This document shows, piece by piece, positions 62,244-64,000 of a stretch of 64,000 bases of DNA. Origin of the DNA: Eledone cirrhosa (Eukaryota); the NCBI GenBank assembly GCA_964016885.1, contig OZ024765.1:992001-1056000 (forward strand), given 5' to 3'. Below the pieces are notes generated by a model, which worked only from the letters and a program-made list of their open reading frames with translations, was not told the DNA's origin and searched no databases. The translations under genes were made by a program, and so were the position numbers. Every line of letters starts with the position of its first letter. Within the stretch, counting starts at the first letter, position 1.

Positions 62244-63234
62244 GGTGTCCCAAAAGAATATATACATACTTCAACAGCATTCTAATGAAAGCGTGTACAG
62301 CGGCTTTACCATTGTTCATTTCCTTAATTGCCTCTTTGACCCTATAGTCGTCAATCTCAATAGCTGGTCCCTCTGTTGGGTCTACTGGGGGGTAGTTTCT
62401 CTCTCTCCCCTTCATTCTCAACATTCATCAGTCTCTCATATAAGTGTATATACATATTATCATCATCATCATCATCATTAACATCCATCTTCCACGCTAG
62501 CATGGGTTAGACGGGTCCTATTTTGAGGCAAGTTGTGTCGGGTGACCATGTCTCACTCAAATAAGGGTGTTTCTGGCTGGTTTTCTATGGCTGGATGCCC
62601 TTCCCAACGCCAACCGCATTTATGTATATATATACACACACACATACATATATTGTTACTGTTTAGGGTTACATTCATATATATATATATAAATATAGAC
62701 ACACACATACATAAATATATACACACAGAACAATACTTTAACATCGGTATGAGTGGCCAGTTATGATCGGTTTGAACAGAAAAAGGTGAGAGAAATATGA
62801 CCAGTTTAAATACTAGAGGGTTAAACCAGCTTTAAATAAGATGTTTTAAACATCAAATTGCTAAGGGGGTCCACCATAGTAAAATAGGAATTAATGGGGT
62901 CCATAGTTTTAAAAAAAGATGGAGAACCACTGTTTTATATGTTCGATAAATACACTTTAAGCCAGTTTTAAATATACTTATTATCTTATACTTTTTCTCT
63001 ATTATTTCAGAATACCAGATGACACCAACATTAAAGTGTGTCTTTTTTTCTACTGTCTGGAATGTGTTGAAGTTGATTTTGTATTCTGACTAAACTTGGA
63101 TAAATTTACAAAGGAGTTTGCAACATCTTCTGACATCAAGATCAAAGTTGATTGAAATAGAGAAGACAGAAGAATTCTTAAGAAGTAACTATCGAAACCA
63201 AACAAAGAAGTTTTTGTACAAAATACTTGAGGAG

Positions 63235-64000
63235 ATGGCAAATGAGCAAGAGAAATCACTATACCACTGTAAAATCTGTAAAAAGTCTTTCTCTGAAAAA
63301 CATAACTTAACTGAACACAAGCGTATCCATACGGGGAAGAAACCATATCACTGTGATGTCTGTGGTAAATCATTCTCTAGAAGTAGTGTCTTAACTGAAC
63401 ACAAGCGTATTCATACAGGAGAGAAACCATATCACTGTGATGTCTGTGGTAAATCATTCTCCCAACATAGTAATTTGACTGTTCACACACGTACACATAC
63501 AGGAGATAAACCATATCCCTGTGATATTTGTGGTAAATCATTTGCTCAAAGGTTTACCTTAACTGAGCACAAACGTATTCATACAGGAGAGAAACCATTT
63601 CACTGTGATATCTGTGGTAAATCATTCTCTGGAAGTGGTAGTTTGATTACTCACAGACGTTTTCATACAGGAGAGAAACCATATCACTGTAATTTCTGTG
63701 GTAAATCATTCTGTCAAGGTTATATCTTAACTAAACACCAACGTACACATACACGGGAGAAACCATATCACTGTGAAATCTGTGGTAAATCATTCTCTCA
63801 AAGAAGTATATTGACTCGTCACACACTTACACATACAGGAGAGAAACCATATCATTGTGATATCTGTGGTAAATCATTCACTGCAAGTAGTCATTTAAAT
63901 ACTCATAAACGCCTTCATACAAATGACAAGCCATATCACTGTGATATCTGTGGTAAATCATTCTGTGAAAATAGTCACTTAACTATACACATGCGTACAC
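63235..64000 (+). CDS. Tandem C2H2 (Kruppel-type) zinc-finger protein, at least 9 fingers, 3'-truncated by the window edge
   Basis: ATG at 63235 is the first after an in-frame TAA at 63091. Reads MANEQEKSLYHCKICKKSFSEKHNLTEHKRIHTGKKPYHCDVCGKSF.., with an 84-nt period and TGEKPY linkers. Probable acceptor atttcag at about 63010. Confidence 0.93.
   Translation, partial: MANEQEKSLYHCKICKKSFSEKHNLTEHKRIHTGKKPYHCDVCGKSFSRSSVLTEHKRIHTGEKPYHCDVCGKSFSQHSNLTVHTRTHTGDKPYPCDICGKSFAQRFTLTEHKRIHTGEKPFHCDICGKSFSGSGSLITHRRFHTGEKPYHCNFCGKSFCQGYILTKHQRTHTREKPYHCEICGKSFSQRSILTRHTLTHTGEKPYHCDICGKSFTASSHLNTHKRLHTNDKPYHCDICGKSFCENSHLTIHMRT

Overview
Eukaryotic, extremely (TA)n/SINE-rich DNA, most consistent with an octopus (coleoid cephalopod) genome; the taxon is inferred from the repeat content and the C2H2-ZNF style. 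Most supplied ORFs are microsatellite artefacts. The main gene is a complete + strand polypeptide N-acetylgalactosaminyltransferase (ppGalNAc-T, most like Drosophila pgant9 / C. elegans gly-5). Its CDS runs 4266-47223 over 11 coding-exon positions and gives about 714-716 aa. Key observation: coding exon 5, the catalytic-domain segment between the DxH motif and SPTMAGGLF, is present as three diverged, intact, tandem paralogues (24404-24617, 30008-30215, 38636-38846). All three have identical splice phases and lengths of 214, 208 and 211 nt (all 1 mod 3), so only inclusion of exactly one keeps the frame. This looks like a mutually exclusive exon cassette that swaps part of the acceptor-peptide binding cleft. 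The surrounding introns hold long hairpins, several hammerhead-ribozyme motifs of Penelope type, inverted satellite copies bracketing the cassette, and tandem repeats containing splice-site-like motifs. Downstream are a decayed mariner transposase, RTE LINE fragments, a truncated Penelope-like element (GIY-YIG, hammerhead, inverted ends) and the start of a tandem C2H2 zinc-finger gene running off the window end.
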